Source of the DNA: Chiloscyllium plagiosum
Lineage: Eukaryota
Assembly: GCF_004010195.1 (NCBI RefSeq)
Contig: NC_057756.1
Span: 7,864,945-7,928,944, forward strand
Length of the DNA stretch: 64,000 bases
Direction of reading: 5' to 3'
The notes under the pieces are model-generated. The model was not told the origin of the DNA and ran no database searches. It saw nothing but the letters and a program-made list of their open reading frames with translations. A program made the position numbers and the translations under genes. Below, piece after piece: positions 26,950 to 39,740 of the stretch. The stretch's first letter is position 1; every line of letters starts with the position of its first letter.

Positions 26950-27260
26950 CGTTCTGTCTCTGTTCTTGGACTATTTGAAGGTGACAGTGTAGAGGCAGCC
27001 TTACTCTGTATCTAACCCTATGATGTCCCTGTCCTAGGACTATTTGATGGGGAAAGCGTAGAGACAGCTTTAGTCTGTAGTTAACTCCGTCAGTCCCTTT
27101 CCTGGGAGCATTTGATAGTGACAGTGTAGCAAGAGTTTTACTTTCAGTTTAGAAGAGTAGAAGGAGTTTTACTTTTGTTTAAAACAGCAGAGAGTGTTTT
27201 ACTCTGAATCTAACCTTTCACGTCCTTGTCCTGGGATTGTTTGACAGGGACAGTGTATGG
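26950..27260. repeat. Degenerate ~60-bp satellite (gacagtgtagag...tttactctgtatctaaccc), resumes at 28370-28440
   Basis: Repeated unit, split by the Penelope-like insertion. Confidence 0.65.
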
Positions 27261-27264
27261 GAAC

Positions 27265-28370
27265 TGAAAATGTGTTGCTGGAAAAGCGCAGCAGGTCAGG
27301 CAGCATCCAGGGAACAGGAGAATCGATGTTTCGGGCATAAGCCCTTCTTCAGGAATGAGGAAGGTTTGTCCAGCAGGCNNNNNNNNNNNNNNNNNNNNNN
27401 NNNNNNNNNNNNNNNNNNNNNNNNNNNNNNNNNNNNNNNNNNNNNNNNNNNNNNNNNNNNNNNNNNNNNNNNNNNNNNNNNNNNNNNNNNNNNNNNNNNN
27501 NNNNNNNNNNNNNNNNNNNNNNNNNNNNNNNNNNNNNNNNNNNNNNNNNNNNNNNNNNNNNNNNNNNNNNNNNNNNNNNNNNNNNNNNNNNNNNNNNNNN
27601 NNNNNNNNNNNNNNNNNNNNNNNNNNNNNNNNNNNNNNNNNNNNNNNNNNNNNNNNNTGGGGCTTTGGAGAGAAGTGAGGGGGGAGGTGTGGGCGCAAGT
27701 GTTGCACCTCCTGCGGTTGCAAGGGAAGGTGCCGGGAGTGGTGGTTGGGTCGGTGGGGGGTGTGGATCTGACAAGGGGGTCGCGGAGGGAGTGGTCTCTA
27801 CGGACAGCTGATAGGGGAGGGGAGGGAAATATATCCTTGGTGCTGGGTCTGTTTGGAGGTGGCGGAAGTGACGGTGGATGATGCGCTGTACATGGAGATT
27901 GGTGGGGTGGTAGGTGAGGGCCAGTGGGGTTCTGTCCTGGTGGCGGTTTGAGGGGCGGGGCTCAAGGGCGGAGGAGCGGGGAGTGGAAGAGATGCGGTGG
28001 AGGGCATCGTCGACCACGTCGGGGGGGAAATTGTGGTCCTTGAAGAAGGAGGCCATCTGTGTTGTGCGTTTTTGGAACTGGTCCTCTTGGGAGCAGATGC
28101 GGCGGAGTCGAAGGAGTTGGGAGAATGGGATGGCGTTTTTACAGGGGGCAGGGTGGGAGGAGGTGTAGTCCAGGTAGCTGTGGGAGTCGGTCGGTTTGTA
28201 GTAGATGTCCATGTTGATTCGGTTGCCTGAGATAGAAATAGAAAGGTCGAGGAAGGGAAAGGAGGAATCTGAGACTGTCCAGGTGAATTTGAGGTCGGGG
28301 TGGAAGGTGTTGGTGAAGCAACACATTTTCGGCTCTGCTCTCCAGCATCTGCAGACCCCACTTTCTCCTC
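27265..28370 (-). mobile_element. Penelope-like element fragment (RT C-terminus)
   Basis: FTNTFHPDLKFTW...FLDLSISI...IYYKPTDSHSYLDYTSSHP; hammerhead motif at 27321-27356. Confidence 0.85.
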
Positions 28371-29199
28371 ACAGTGTATGGGAAGCTTTACATAGTATCT
28401 AACCCTGTGCTGTCCCTGTTCTGACAAAGTCTGATGGGAGAGTATCAAATTAGGTTTGGTGCTTTGTGAGGAAAATGTTAGTTGAAACTCTGAACACTGA
28501 CTAGGCGTTTGTTGTTTAATCTTGATTGAGGTTTCTGTCCATATTCTAAAAAAAAGTTATTTTTGTTGAAGCAAGGAGAATTTGTGAGCTCTAAAAGAAG
28601 GGTGTAGTTTGAGTTTAACATCAGTTTTAAAGCTGGTGAATTTCTATCTATGTTGTGTCACACATAGGGGACAGATTCCAGTAATATGCTGAAACACCTG
28701 AACCGATCTTCTCCCTACTCACTGAGAGGGTCTCCATTACTGTAAACTCCCTCTCTCGAAGACAACAGGTTTTAATGCCAGCATCTTATTTTTCAGAGTG
28801 TGTGCGTGTCTGTGTATCGTCTGTGTGTGTGTGTGTGCTTGTGCGTGTGAGAATGTGTGAGAGGAGAGTGTGTCTCTGTTGATGTGAGTGCACGTGGGTT
28901 TGTGTTCGTGTCTGTGCGTGAGTCTGTGTGACTGTGTGAGCAGAGGAGATTCTGCAGGTAATTCCCATGCCCCACGACCCTCTGAGATTTCGAAACGTCT
29001 CCAATTCCGACCTCTTGAGTATTTCCTGATATCCATCACTCTACCTTCAACTGCCTGGAGCCTGAACCTCTGGAATTCCCTCCATAATTTTTCACCTCCT
29101 TCAGGTAAATGAGACGCAGAAGGAGATCTTAGGTCACTGACCGAAAGCACAGTCACAGATGGTGAATACAATGATGTACCTTAAAAGAGGAAAGAGTCA

Positions 29200-29990
29200 G
29201 GTTGTAGATTTGCCTGCTGAGCTGGTTTGTTCTCAGACGTTCCGTCACCAAGCTGATTAACATCATCAGTGAGCTTCTGGTGAAGCGTTGGTGTTCTGTC
29301 CTGTTTTTGCTATTCACGTGTCTTGGATTGTTGTGGTGGGTGATCTCATATCCGGTTCTGTCCCTGAGAGGTTGTTAAATGGAGTACAAATCTATATATT
29401 TGTTAATGGAGTTCCAGTTTAAATACCAGGCCTCTGAAAATTCCCACATATGTCTTTGTTTGGCCTGTCCCAGGATGGATGCGTTTTCCCAGTCGAACTG
29501 ATGTCGCTCTTCGTCGGTGTATATGGGTTCTAGTGATAGTTGGTCATGCCTTTTGGTGGCTAGTTTGTGCTCATGTATTGTGGTGGCTAGTTTCCTGCCA
29601 GTTTGTTCAATATAATGTTTGCTGCGGTCCTTACAGGGTATTTTGTATATGACATTTATTCTGCTGGCTGTGGGGATGGGTCATTTAAATCCATCAGTAG
29701 TTGTTTTAGTATGGTAGTAGGTTTGTGGGCAACCATGATGCTGAGCGACCGGAGCAGTCTGGTGGTCATCTCTGAAATAACTTTGATGTATGGTAGGATA
29801 ACTAGAGTCTCCAGGCGTGTTGTGTCTTCCTGTTTCGGTTTGCTGTGCAGGAATTAGCGACTGCACTTATTGGTTGTTGTTTCTGAATACATTTTATAGC
29901 TGCTTTGTACAGGAGAAACACCTAAAAAACAATTCAGGAACAACAGTTACCCAATAAGTGCAGTCTGCTGATTCCTGCATAATGGACCTA
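29200..29990 (-). mobile_element. Degenerate Penelope-like fragment (GIY-YIG region)
   Basis: Reverse strand resembles VIYKIPC...YIEQTGRKLATTIHEH; degenerate hammerhead near 29235-29272. Related fragment at about 35290-35730. Confidence 0.6.
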
Positions 29991-30353
29991 AACAGTCAGC
30001 AGAGACACACCACCACCATCCCCCACCAGGTGGGCAATGGGATAGGTCCCATCTATCCTGGGTAAGTAACATCATTATTGGAATCCAATTCCATGACTCA
30101 GGGGAAGAGAGCCAGAAAATCTTATTTGTATAGTGTCAATAATTCAATATCAATAAGCAAACCCCACACTGTTCAGTGTCGATAATTAAAACCCAACTGT
30201 TCAGTATCAATATTCAGTTTTGATCATCAAATCTCACATTATTCAGCGTTGATAATAAATGGATCTATTGTGGGTATAGTTTCTATTGAGATTAATAATA
30301 CTAAATACTGATCACTCCGGTTGTCGCTCTGCACATCTCCATTCCTATCGCAG

Positions 30354-30769
30354 CAGAAAGGAAACAAGGAACCGGAAACAAAATCTAAACTGAATTCATA
30401 TTTGAAGATGATCTGTATGAAAACTGCGGCACGGTGGCACAGTGGTTAGCACTGCTGCCTCACAGCGCCAGAGACCCAGGTTCAATTCCCGCCTCAGGCG
30501 ACTGACTGTGTGGAGTTTGCACGTTCTCCCCGTGTCTGTGTGTGTTTCCTCCGGGTGCTCCGGTTTCCTCCCACAGTCACAAATATGTGCAGGTCAGGTG
30601 AATTGGCCATGCTAAATTACCCGTAATGTTAGGTAAGGGGTAAATGTAGGGGTATGGGTGGGTTACTCTTCGGCGGGTCGGTGTGGACTTGTTGGGCCGA
30701 AGGGCCTGTTTCCACACTGTAATATAATGTAAAAAAAATGACTAGGGTCCTGTATATGGAAATATATAA
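30354..30769 (+). pseudogene. Plus-strand receptor-tail exon remnant (EDDLYEN...GPVYGNI*) split by a SINE
   Basis: attcctatcgcag| acceptor, ERKQGTGNKI*TEFIFEDDLYEN, SINE at 30426-30737, then D*GPVYGNI*. Confidence 0.4.
30426..30737 (+). mobile_element. HE1/V-SINE-type SINE
   Basis: Full-length copy of the same family. Confidence 0.9.
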
Positions 30770-31142
30770 ACAGGATCAGGATGAAGGATGCATATCCTAG
30801 GAGAAGGGAGGAGAGAATGGTTTAAGACTCCAGTTTACTTTGGTAAATACCATAGGATATCTCCTCTCTTTTAGTATTCCCCTTCCCAACTCTCACAGAG
30901 AACAGTTAGAATTTTTTGTCACAGCTTTCCAGTGCTAGTGCAATCCCACATCTGTAAGCTCTCAGTCAAAGGAACTGACGAAGTAAATCATTGCCCTTTG
31001 GTTATTCGTGCTGGGACAGTATAGACAGTAGTTGAGCCAGGCACCCTTGAAAGACAAAATGCGTTCTGTTGGATGTAATGCTGCGAATGAGGACAGCATT
31101 TGCTGAACACGCCAGAGTGTACCAACAACGAATTAAAGGTGA

Positions 31143-31215
31143 TCACACAAGCTCATAAAGTGGCTCATTTACACTTGTTGGAAGTGACAGATCATCATAT
31201 ATAGTGAACCATGCT
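31143..31215 (-). CDS. Candidate terminal cytoplasmic exon with two Tyr motifs (TIYDDL...PLYELV*)
   Basis: ccttatcttcgtgctgcag|A GCA TGG TTC ACT ATA TAT GAT GAT CTG...CTT TAT GAG CTT GTG TGA. Confidence 0.5.
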
Positions 31216-31529
31216 CTGCAGCACGAAGATAAGGAGCTTCGGGACCTTGTAACTGCCCCATAATTTTTCACTTTACTCAGAGATTACAGTCAAACTTCCC
31301 AGACCCTTGCCTTCAGTTTGATAAAGTGCTGCAATCATTTGAAATTTCACATTCATGCATTCACTTTGATCACGACTCTCTTTTCAGCAATGTCTAAGTT
31401 CAGCAACAATTGGTTGACCTGCTGCTGGCACTTTCTCTCAATATGATGTCATTTCACACAGTGAATAATGATCCACCCAAAGTAATTTCTCTGGGTTTAA
31501 TTTTTGACATCTTCCATCAAGGTTCTCAC

Positions 31530-31900
31530 TTGTGGCAGTGTCTTGGCCTGGCCTCTCAGTAGCACATGGCAGTGTCTCAGCCTAGTCGCTGGGCAACTCA
31601 TAATAGTACCTCGGCCCAGTCTCTCAGTGGCTCATAGTGATAGCATGGCCTGTTCTCTTGGTAGCACATGGCAGTCTCTCAGCCCAGTCTTGGTATCACA
31701 TGGTGGTAATTTAAGCTAGAAAAGGCAATGTCTCGGCCTGGTCTCTTGGTGACTCATGGTGGTGCCTTGGCCTGGTCTCTCGGCAGCACATGGTGGTGTC
31801 TCAGCCTGGTCTCTTGGTGACTCAAATTGGTGTCTTGGCCTGGTCTCTCAGTGGTTTGTCGCAGTGTATCAGCCTAGTTTCTTGGCGGCTCATGGTGGTC
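31530..31900. repeat. ~38-bp minisatellite (gtgtctcggcctggtctcttggtgactcatg)
   Basis: About 9-10 degenerate units. Confidence 0.8.
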
Positions 31901-32859
31901 TTTTGGCATGCGAGTGAGTCCTGTCTGAGCACATTCTGGAGGCACTTGGGGAGGCAACAGCTTCAGTGATGACATTGTGGCCCAACATGGGAACACCAAG
32001 TGGTGAGAGAGGCCCCTTGGTACCTGTGGCTGCAGTGGCAAGAACAGGCAGCAAAGGTCTCCCAGAGAGTGCAAAAAGCAGAGGATTCGTCAAAGACTGT
32101 TGAACATTTAACTTTGTTCTTTTATTTTTCTAGTTTAAATTAAGAAGGATTTTAATGTGATATCACCTTATTTTTTTGTTTTCTACTTATTCTATGAATG
32201 TAATGGTCAACTTTTTAAGCTCTGTTTTCTCTTACTACTTTGCACCTAAATTTTTTGTACTTAGGTATCTTTGTACCTAAGATGGTGCCACGCGTAGCGA
32301 CATTATACACTTTTCACTGGGCTCCTGTATTCCTGTACTTGAGTTAGCCTTCCCCTAATTTAATGCTTTCACCTATGGACTACTCTTATCCTTATCACAA
32401 GTAACTGAAAACCTACTGGAAATACTGTTCCGAAATGCTCCCCTACTGAAACTTCCATCACCTGGCCGGGCTCATTCCCCAAGGTCAGCTCGAGTGTGGC
32501 CCCTTTCCTGTTTGTACAATGTACATATCGTTTGAAAAAAACTATCCGGATTGTCCACAATCCAAGTCCCTGGCACTAAGTGAGCCCCAGTCAATGTAGG
32601 GAAAGTTAAAATCAGCCACCACAGCAACCTTGTTGTTTTTATATTTTTCCAGAATCTGTCCACATATCCTTTCCTCTATCATCCACTGGCTGTTGGGAGG
32701 TCTATAACACCATCCCAACAAAGTGACTGCATCTTTCCTTTTCCTGAGCTCTATCCATACATCCTCCCTCAGTTCAGCTGTGATATTTTCCCTTATTACT
32801 AATGCAATATCCCTACCTCATTTACAACACTCTTTATCTCACATAAAACACTTAAATCA

Positions 32860-35030
32860 TAAAAGATATAGGAGCAGAAATTACGCCATTCAGCCCATCG
32901 AGTCTGCTCCACCATTCAATCATGGCAGATATTCACGAACCTATCTAGCTCAGTCTTAAATACATTTAATGATTTAGCTTCCACAGCCTTCTGTGGCAAT
33001 GAATTCCATAGATTCACCACTCTCTGGCTGAAGAAGTTTCCCCACATTTCCGTTCTAAAGGGTCTTCCTTTTGCTCTAAGGCTGTACCAATGGGCCCTAG
33101 TCTCTCCTACCAATGGAAACATCTTCTCTACTCTTAGGCCAGTTAGTATTGTGTAAGTTTTAATTAGATCCCCTCTCATCCTTCCAAACTCCACTGAGTA
33201 TAGAGCCAGGGTCCTCAAACGTTTCTCATGTGTTAAGCTTTTCATTCCTGGGATCATTCCTGTGAACCCCCTCTGAACATGCTTCAGGGGCAGTACATAC
33301 TTCCTGAGATTGGGGGCCCAAGACTTTGTACTATACTCCAAATGTGGTCTGACCAGAACCTTACAGAGCCTCAGAAGTGACATTCCTGCTTTTATATTCA
33401 AGACCCTAAAATAAATACTATCCTACTGACTCAACCTGCAAGTTTCCCTTGATAGAATCCTGGACTAGAACTCTCAAGTCAACTGAAGTTCAGACTTCTG
33501 AATTACCTTCCCATTTAGAAAATAGTCCATGCCTCTATTCTTCCTACCCTCACACTTTCCCACACTGTATTTCATCTGCCACTTCTTTGCCCATTTGCCT
33601 AAACTGTCCAAATATTTCTGCAGCCTCCTCACCTCCTCAGTACTACCTGTCCCTCTACCTATCTTTGGACCAGCTGCAAACTTAGCCAGAATGCACTCAG
33701 TTCCTCCATCTAGATTGTTAATGTATAAAGTGAAAAGTTGTGGTCCCAACACTGAGCCTTGCAGAACACCACTTGTCACCGGCTGCCATCCTGAGAAGGA
33801 CCCTTTTATCCCCACTCTCTGCTTTCTGCCAGATAGCCAGGCTTCTATCCATGCTAGCACCTTGTCTCTAACACCATCAGCCGTTATTTTACTCAGTAAT
33901 CTCCCATGCGGTAACTTATCAAAGGCCCTCCTTGGTCTAACATGCTTGTTACTTCCTCAAAGAATTCTAGCGTGATTTGTCAGTGATGACCTCCCCTTGA
34001 TGAACCCATGCTGATGTTGCCCTACTTTAGCATTCATTTCCAAGCATTCAGAAATCTCAGCCTTCACAATGGATTCTAGGATCTTAACCACGACCGAGGT
34101 CTGTAATTTTCCCTCTTTTTTCTTATACCGTTTTTAAACAGGGGTCTCACGTTAGCAATTTTCCAGTCTCTGGGACCCACCCTAATTCTAGTGATTCCTA
34201 AAAAATTATTCAGTTCCTCAGCTATTTTCTTGTTCCCCACTGCTATCTCTCCAGTCTCATTTTGCAGCAGCCCAATGTCCACTTTTGCCTCTTTTTTACC
34301 CTTTATATATCTGAAGAAACTCTTACAGTTTCCATTATATAACTGGCTAGCTTACTCTTATATTTAATCTTCTCCATCCTTTTTTTTGTTGCCCTGTTGG
34401 TGTTTGCAAACTTCCCAATCTTCTGGTACCCACTGCCCTTCGCCACGTTATATGCTTCCTCTTTTGCTTTTATGCTATACCTGACTTTCCTAGTCAGCCA
34501 TGGTTGCCTCATCCTCCCTGTACCATGCTTTTTTTTTGCCTCAGAATCTGCTGTGTCTCCTGAATTACTCCCAGAAACTCCTGCCAGTGCTACTCCACTG
34601 TCACTGCTAGGCTCCTCTCTCAGTCAATTCTACCCAGATCCTCCTTTATACCTCTGTAGTTGTCTTTATTCAGCTGCAATACCATTAGCTCTGATTCTAT
34701 CTTCTCCCTTTCAAATTGCAGAGTAAGTTCAATCACATTATGATCACTGCCCCATAAGGGTTCCTTCACCTTAATCTCCCTTATCAGTTCTGCTTCATTG
34801 TACAACAATAAATCTTGTATTGCCTGTTCCTTAGTGGGATCCACCACAAGATGCTCCAAACAGCCATCTAGTAGATATTCCACAATTTCCTTTCCTTGAA
34901 AGCCGCTACCAATTTGATTTTTCCAGTCCACCTGCATACTGAAATCCCCAGTGATCACTGTAATTTTGCCTTTCCTACACATCTTTTCTACCTCCTGGTA
35001 TATCTTGCGCCCCAGCTCCAGACTACTGTT
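32860..35030 (-). mobile_element. CR1 LINE (endonuclease to RT, degraded)
   Basis: GDFSMQVDW, GSDHNVIE, WQPVTSGVLQGSVLGPQLFTLYINNL, VLVRPHLEY. Confidence 0.9.
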
Positions 35031-38000
35031 TGGAGGCCTATACGCAACTCCAACTCACTTTTTTACTTTTGCGTTTCCTCAATTCTACCCATACAGATTC
35101 TACACAATTAAATCCTGCAACATTGAGCTGCTGATCTTCTCCCTCTCTCAACCATGTCTCTGTAATAGCTGCAGCATCATAGTAATTTGATTCCAGTCTA
35201 TCTGGCTCTGCTCTGTCCTTGACCTATAGAAGCCTGCGTTCTGCGAGTTGATTATTGCCAGTAAGTTAGCATGATTAGCCAAAAAGTTTTATTTCAGACA
35301 TTTTGACATCATGACTAGGTAACATCATTGGTGAGAGTCTCCCGTGAAGTGCTGGAGGTATGTCCCGCCTCTCTATTTATAGATCTTGGTTTCTTAAGGT
35401 GGATGATGTCATTTCAGGTTCATTTTTTTCAAGGGAAGGTAGTTGGGGTCTAAATCGATATATTTATTGATGGAGTCCGGTTAAAATGCCATGCCTCTAG
35501 GAATTGTTGTGCATGTCTTTGTTTCACCTGTCCTTGGATGTGTGTGTTGTTCTAGTCAAAGTGATGTCCTTTGTCTGTATGTATAGAAACTAGTGGTAGT
35601 GGGTTGTGTCTTTTGGTGGCTAGTTGGTGTTCATGTATCCTGGTGGCAAGCTTCCTGCTTGTTTGTCTGATGTGATTTTTTCAGTTCTTGCATGGTGTTT
35701 TGTACATTATATTAGTTTTGCTGGTAGTATTCACCCCAGATTGATCAATGTCATTTTCCCACTTCCATCCTAAACCTTCTAATACAATGATCACTGTTCC
35801 TGAAATGCTCCCCCACTGTTACTTGATCTATTAGTCACCTCATTCCCAAGAACCAGACCTAGCAGTGACTCATTGCTTGTTAGACTAATCACATACTGCT
35901 ATATGGAATTGTTCTGAAAACAATCTAGGATCACTTGTACCTCACTGTTTCTTTTCACTGCCACTATCACAGTCTACGTACAGACAGTTAAAATTCCCGT
36001 TATAAATACTCTATGATGGAAGGATGCACCCCTCCATAATTGCTTTACCAATTTTTTCCTCTAAATCCTTCCCACTAGCGGGTGATCGAAATATCACAGT
36101 GAGCATTGTAATTGCATCCTTTTTGTTCCTGAGCTCCAAGCAAAGTGATTCTGTATATAGGTTTGCTCGCTGAGCTGGAAGGTTTGTTTTCAGCTATTTC
36201 GTCATTATACTAGGTAACACCTTCTGTGTGCCTCTGGATGAAGCTCCTTTTTCTCCAGTCCTGCAATGCTTTCTTTAACCAAATATGTCACTGCTCTTCC
36301 TTTTTATTTCAATTCGTAACTTTTGTAACCAGGCAGCATATTTAACATTCAGAGCAGCCATTCCTTGAGCCAGGTGCTCATTATTGCGACAACATCATAA
36401 TCCCATGTGGCCAACTGTGCTTGTAACACCCTGGTTTAATTAACTATACTCTGTGCATGTACAGACTTGCAGTTTAACCTTGTTTCAGAATCCAATACTT
36501 TCTCCTTTAATTCAAATCTACCTATTAATGGAGTACTTTATAATTTAGTGCTGCTTGTCTTTCCTCAAATTTTGTGCACACAGGTATTCCTTTCTAATAT
36601 TCTCTCCTGGTCCCTATGCTGCTGCCCAATGCGTATTAATGCTCCCCAATGGTGCGAGCCAGATGCCCCACAAGGAAATCAGCCACAGCTCAGTTCAGAT
36701 GCAGAGTCGAGAGTGTGTTGCTGGAAAAGCAGCATCCAAGGAGCAGGAGAATCAACGTTTTGGGCATATTCCCGATGAAGGGGTTATGCCCGAAACATTG
36801 ATTCTTCTGCTCCTCGGATGCTGACTGATCTGCTGTGCTTTTCCAGCAACACACTCTCGACTTTGATCTCAAGCATCGGCTGACCTCACTGTCGCTCGTC
36901 TACAGATACCAACTTCCTCAAAGTCAGTCCCAGTGTCACAGTAATCTAAAACCCTGCATCCTGCACCATCTTTCCAGGCACACTGTTGTCTGTCTTATCT
37001 TCCAATTTCTTTGCTCACTTGCATGTGACACAGGGAGCAGTCCAGAAGTTCTGACTACGGAGGCCCCATTTGCTCATTTTCTTTCAAGCTCGCCAAATTC
37101 TGACTGCAGGACAACATTCCCCTTCCTACCTGTCTCGATTGTATCAATTTGGGCCATGACACTGGCTGTTTTCACTTACTCAGAAAGATTATCCTGTAAT
37201 ACCCTGACCCTGGTTGCAAGAAGGCAACTCACTGTCTTAGAGTCATTTTGACAATTGCAGAAATGTCTGTTTGATACCAAACTAAAGAATCCCCATTCAG
37301 TACTGCTCTTTTACGCTTCCCACACCCCTCCTGAACAGCTGAGCATTGTGTGTTGCTGCACACCTCCAGGGATCCATCACCAACATCCAGGTGGAAAACC
37401 AGCTGGTGAGTGGGACCTCTGAGAACTCCTGCACTACCTTCCTGGTTCTCTTGGACTGCCAGGTGTTCTCACATTCCCTACCTGCCTGCTTTCCCCCAAC
37501 CTGTGTTATGACCGCCACGGCCCAGCATCCCAAGAGGGGTGCTCCCTTGTAGGCCTGACCTCCAGTCTCCTTACTGTTCTCACCATATATACTGGGGATT
37601 GGAGCTTGTGACTCAGGAGAAGATGCAGTCTTACTGCAAAATGATATATTTGACATAAAGAAGTCAACATGGTGTTGGCTTCATAAATTGAGTCAGCTTC
37701 AAAGGAAGTATTGCACAGTGGAAAAAGAAATTTTGATCTTGTTATTGGTCTGAAACATTTCAAAGTTAGGTGAATTGGCCATGCTAAATTGCCTGTAGTG
37801 TTAGGTGAAGGGGTAAATGTAGGGGAATGCGTCTGGGTGGGTCGGTGTGGACTTGTTGGGCCGAAGGGCCTGTTTCTACACTGTAACTAATCTAATCTAA
37901 TCTGTAACTAATCTAATCTAAAAGTCTATGTCCGTCATGACCACAAAGGAACACTCACACCTATTGATCGTAATCTAATGGTCTTTGGAGATAAAGTTAA

Positions 38001-39401
38001 AAATCAAAATGCCAATTCTTTCACTGGAGTTTACTCACTGAATTACATAAAGTTATGTTTATCTGCTTGAAACAGATATTATGGTTGCTGATGCATCGTC
38101 AAGAAGGTAATCATGCTCGATTAGATTGATGATTTTAAAAAATCGATATCGGTATTACGGAGGATGAAGGTGAATGAATGTCATTGTGATTTATTTTATG
38201 TTTTTATGGTGGAGATATTTTCATGTTAATGTCACAATGAAATGCATTTGGAAATGGTGTTCCATTTTCCAAAGAGGGCGGCGTGTTGTTGGTATATATG
38301 TATAATTCAGGTCCAAGGCCAAATGAAATTTAAAACTGTTTGGATGTTTTGCATTAAAAAATGGTTTACCAAGGTTTGATGGGACACGAGACTTCTGGGA
38401 ATTGGTCAACGTTAATGTGACTGTGATTCACCTGATCATTACTGAAATGTCGAGAGACTTTTGAAAGGAGAAAAGTGAAGCTTTTAAGAGGGATTAGGGG
38501 TAGGTTTATGGTTTTAATTGCCAGACAAAACTTTGTTGAAACTAATGGCATGTATGTGCTGAAGGTTTTCAGCTGTACTCTTCTGGAATTGGTTCCTGCT
38601 TTTCCAGGACATCTGTATGTGTCATGGGGAGAAATGATCTGAAAATATGCAGTAGGCAAGTCTCTTTCTCCTGAAAAAAACAAGAAGACACCTTACACCA
38701 GGGTAAGCTGCACAAATCTCTCCCTCAGTGGGCACCTGAGAAAGTTCAAGTTATCGGTATTTCTGACAATCTCGTCAACACTGAAAGCTGGACTCTTTCT
38801 TCTACTCAAAGACCTAAGTCTAATTGACTATCCACCTGTCTGAAGTCTGATCTAAATATATTCCATCATTCTATGGTGGACAGTATTTCAATCTTGTCGA
38901 CAGGAAACTGACTTTATCCTTTGGGTAAGGATCTTTAGCTTGTGGGTGGTGTTTTTATTGCCCACCACAGCGCCACCCCCACTCCTCCACAGCCTTAACT
39001 TTTAAAAGAATATCACCTCTGCAGAGCTGGATGATATTTGCCATGTGAACATTTTCATTCGTGTTAATGCGACATTGTTTAATTCTGGAATGTATCACAT
39101 TTGGAAACAGTTTTCCTCCTCCTTTTAATAATACAGCCTGATTATAATTAACTTGCTATTTTTCTGTGTGTTACAGAAATTTAGGGAAAGTCATGAATAT
39201 TCTGGATAATGGCGTGAAAGAGTAGCAGTATGGTGACTGATTCAAAACGTCAATGTTTGTGAACTGGAGTGGTAATTGAGTCGTGATATGTGCCAACACT
39301 GGTTATTGCACGCATAAAATAAGCAAATTAAGCAGAACGTTGTGTAGTTTGCAATTCAGTGATGAGTGTGAATTACTGAAGAATTAAAATATATCACTCA
39401 C

Positions 39402-39740
39402 TCAAAACACGAAGCTGGGTTCCAGGAAAGAAGCTGTAATCAATCATGTTGCTGATTTCTACTCTGAAAAGATAAGGTCCTGCACCCGCCCATCTGGTGT
39501 TGTTGATAATCAAGAAACAGTCACCATCATTCAGGTCTCCAGGCAGCCGCGTCCAATGGCGGAACCATGGCAATTATTGACTGTGATCCTGGGAGTGAAA
39601 GGTTATCGATGATGTGACTAGTTTCTCATTATGAAAACAGATTCCAACTTGTGGTTGGTTTGCCAGATGTGAAGGGTAACTGTAATGACATGGAAGCTGC
39701 GCACAGAAAGCGTTGCCTTTCCATGCTTGTGTCAGTCCAG
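39402..39740 (-). pseudogene. Siglec-like V-set exon, copy 3 (pseudogene)
   Basis: ccccag|CT GGA CTG ACA... reads GLTQAWKGNAFCAQLPCHYSYPSHLANQPQVGICFHNEKLVTSSITFHSQDHSQ*LPWFRHWTRLPGDLNDGDCFLIINNTRWAGAGPYLFRVEISNMIDYSFFPGTQLRVL|GTGAGT. In-frame TAA at 39574-39576, 27-nt deletion versus copy 4, C-strand W to C. Confidence 0.9.

Noticed and set aside
30426-30500. tRNA-like A/B boxes
   Set aside because: They are SINE heads, not tRNA genes.
31390-31490. Minus-strand YFGWIIIHCVK*HHIERK as a possible TM end for copy 3
   Set aside because: The hydrophobic stretch is too short and there is no convincing acceptor.
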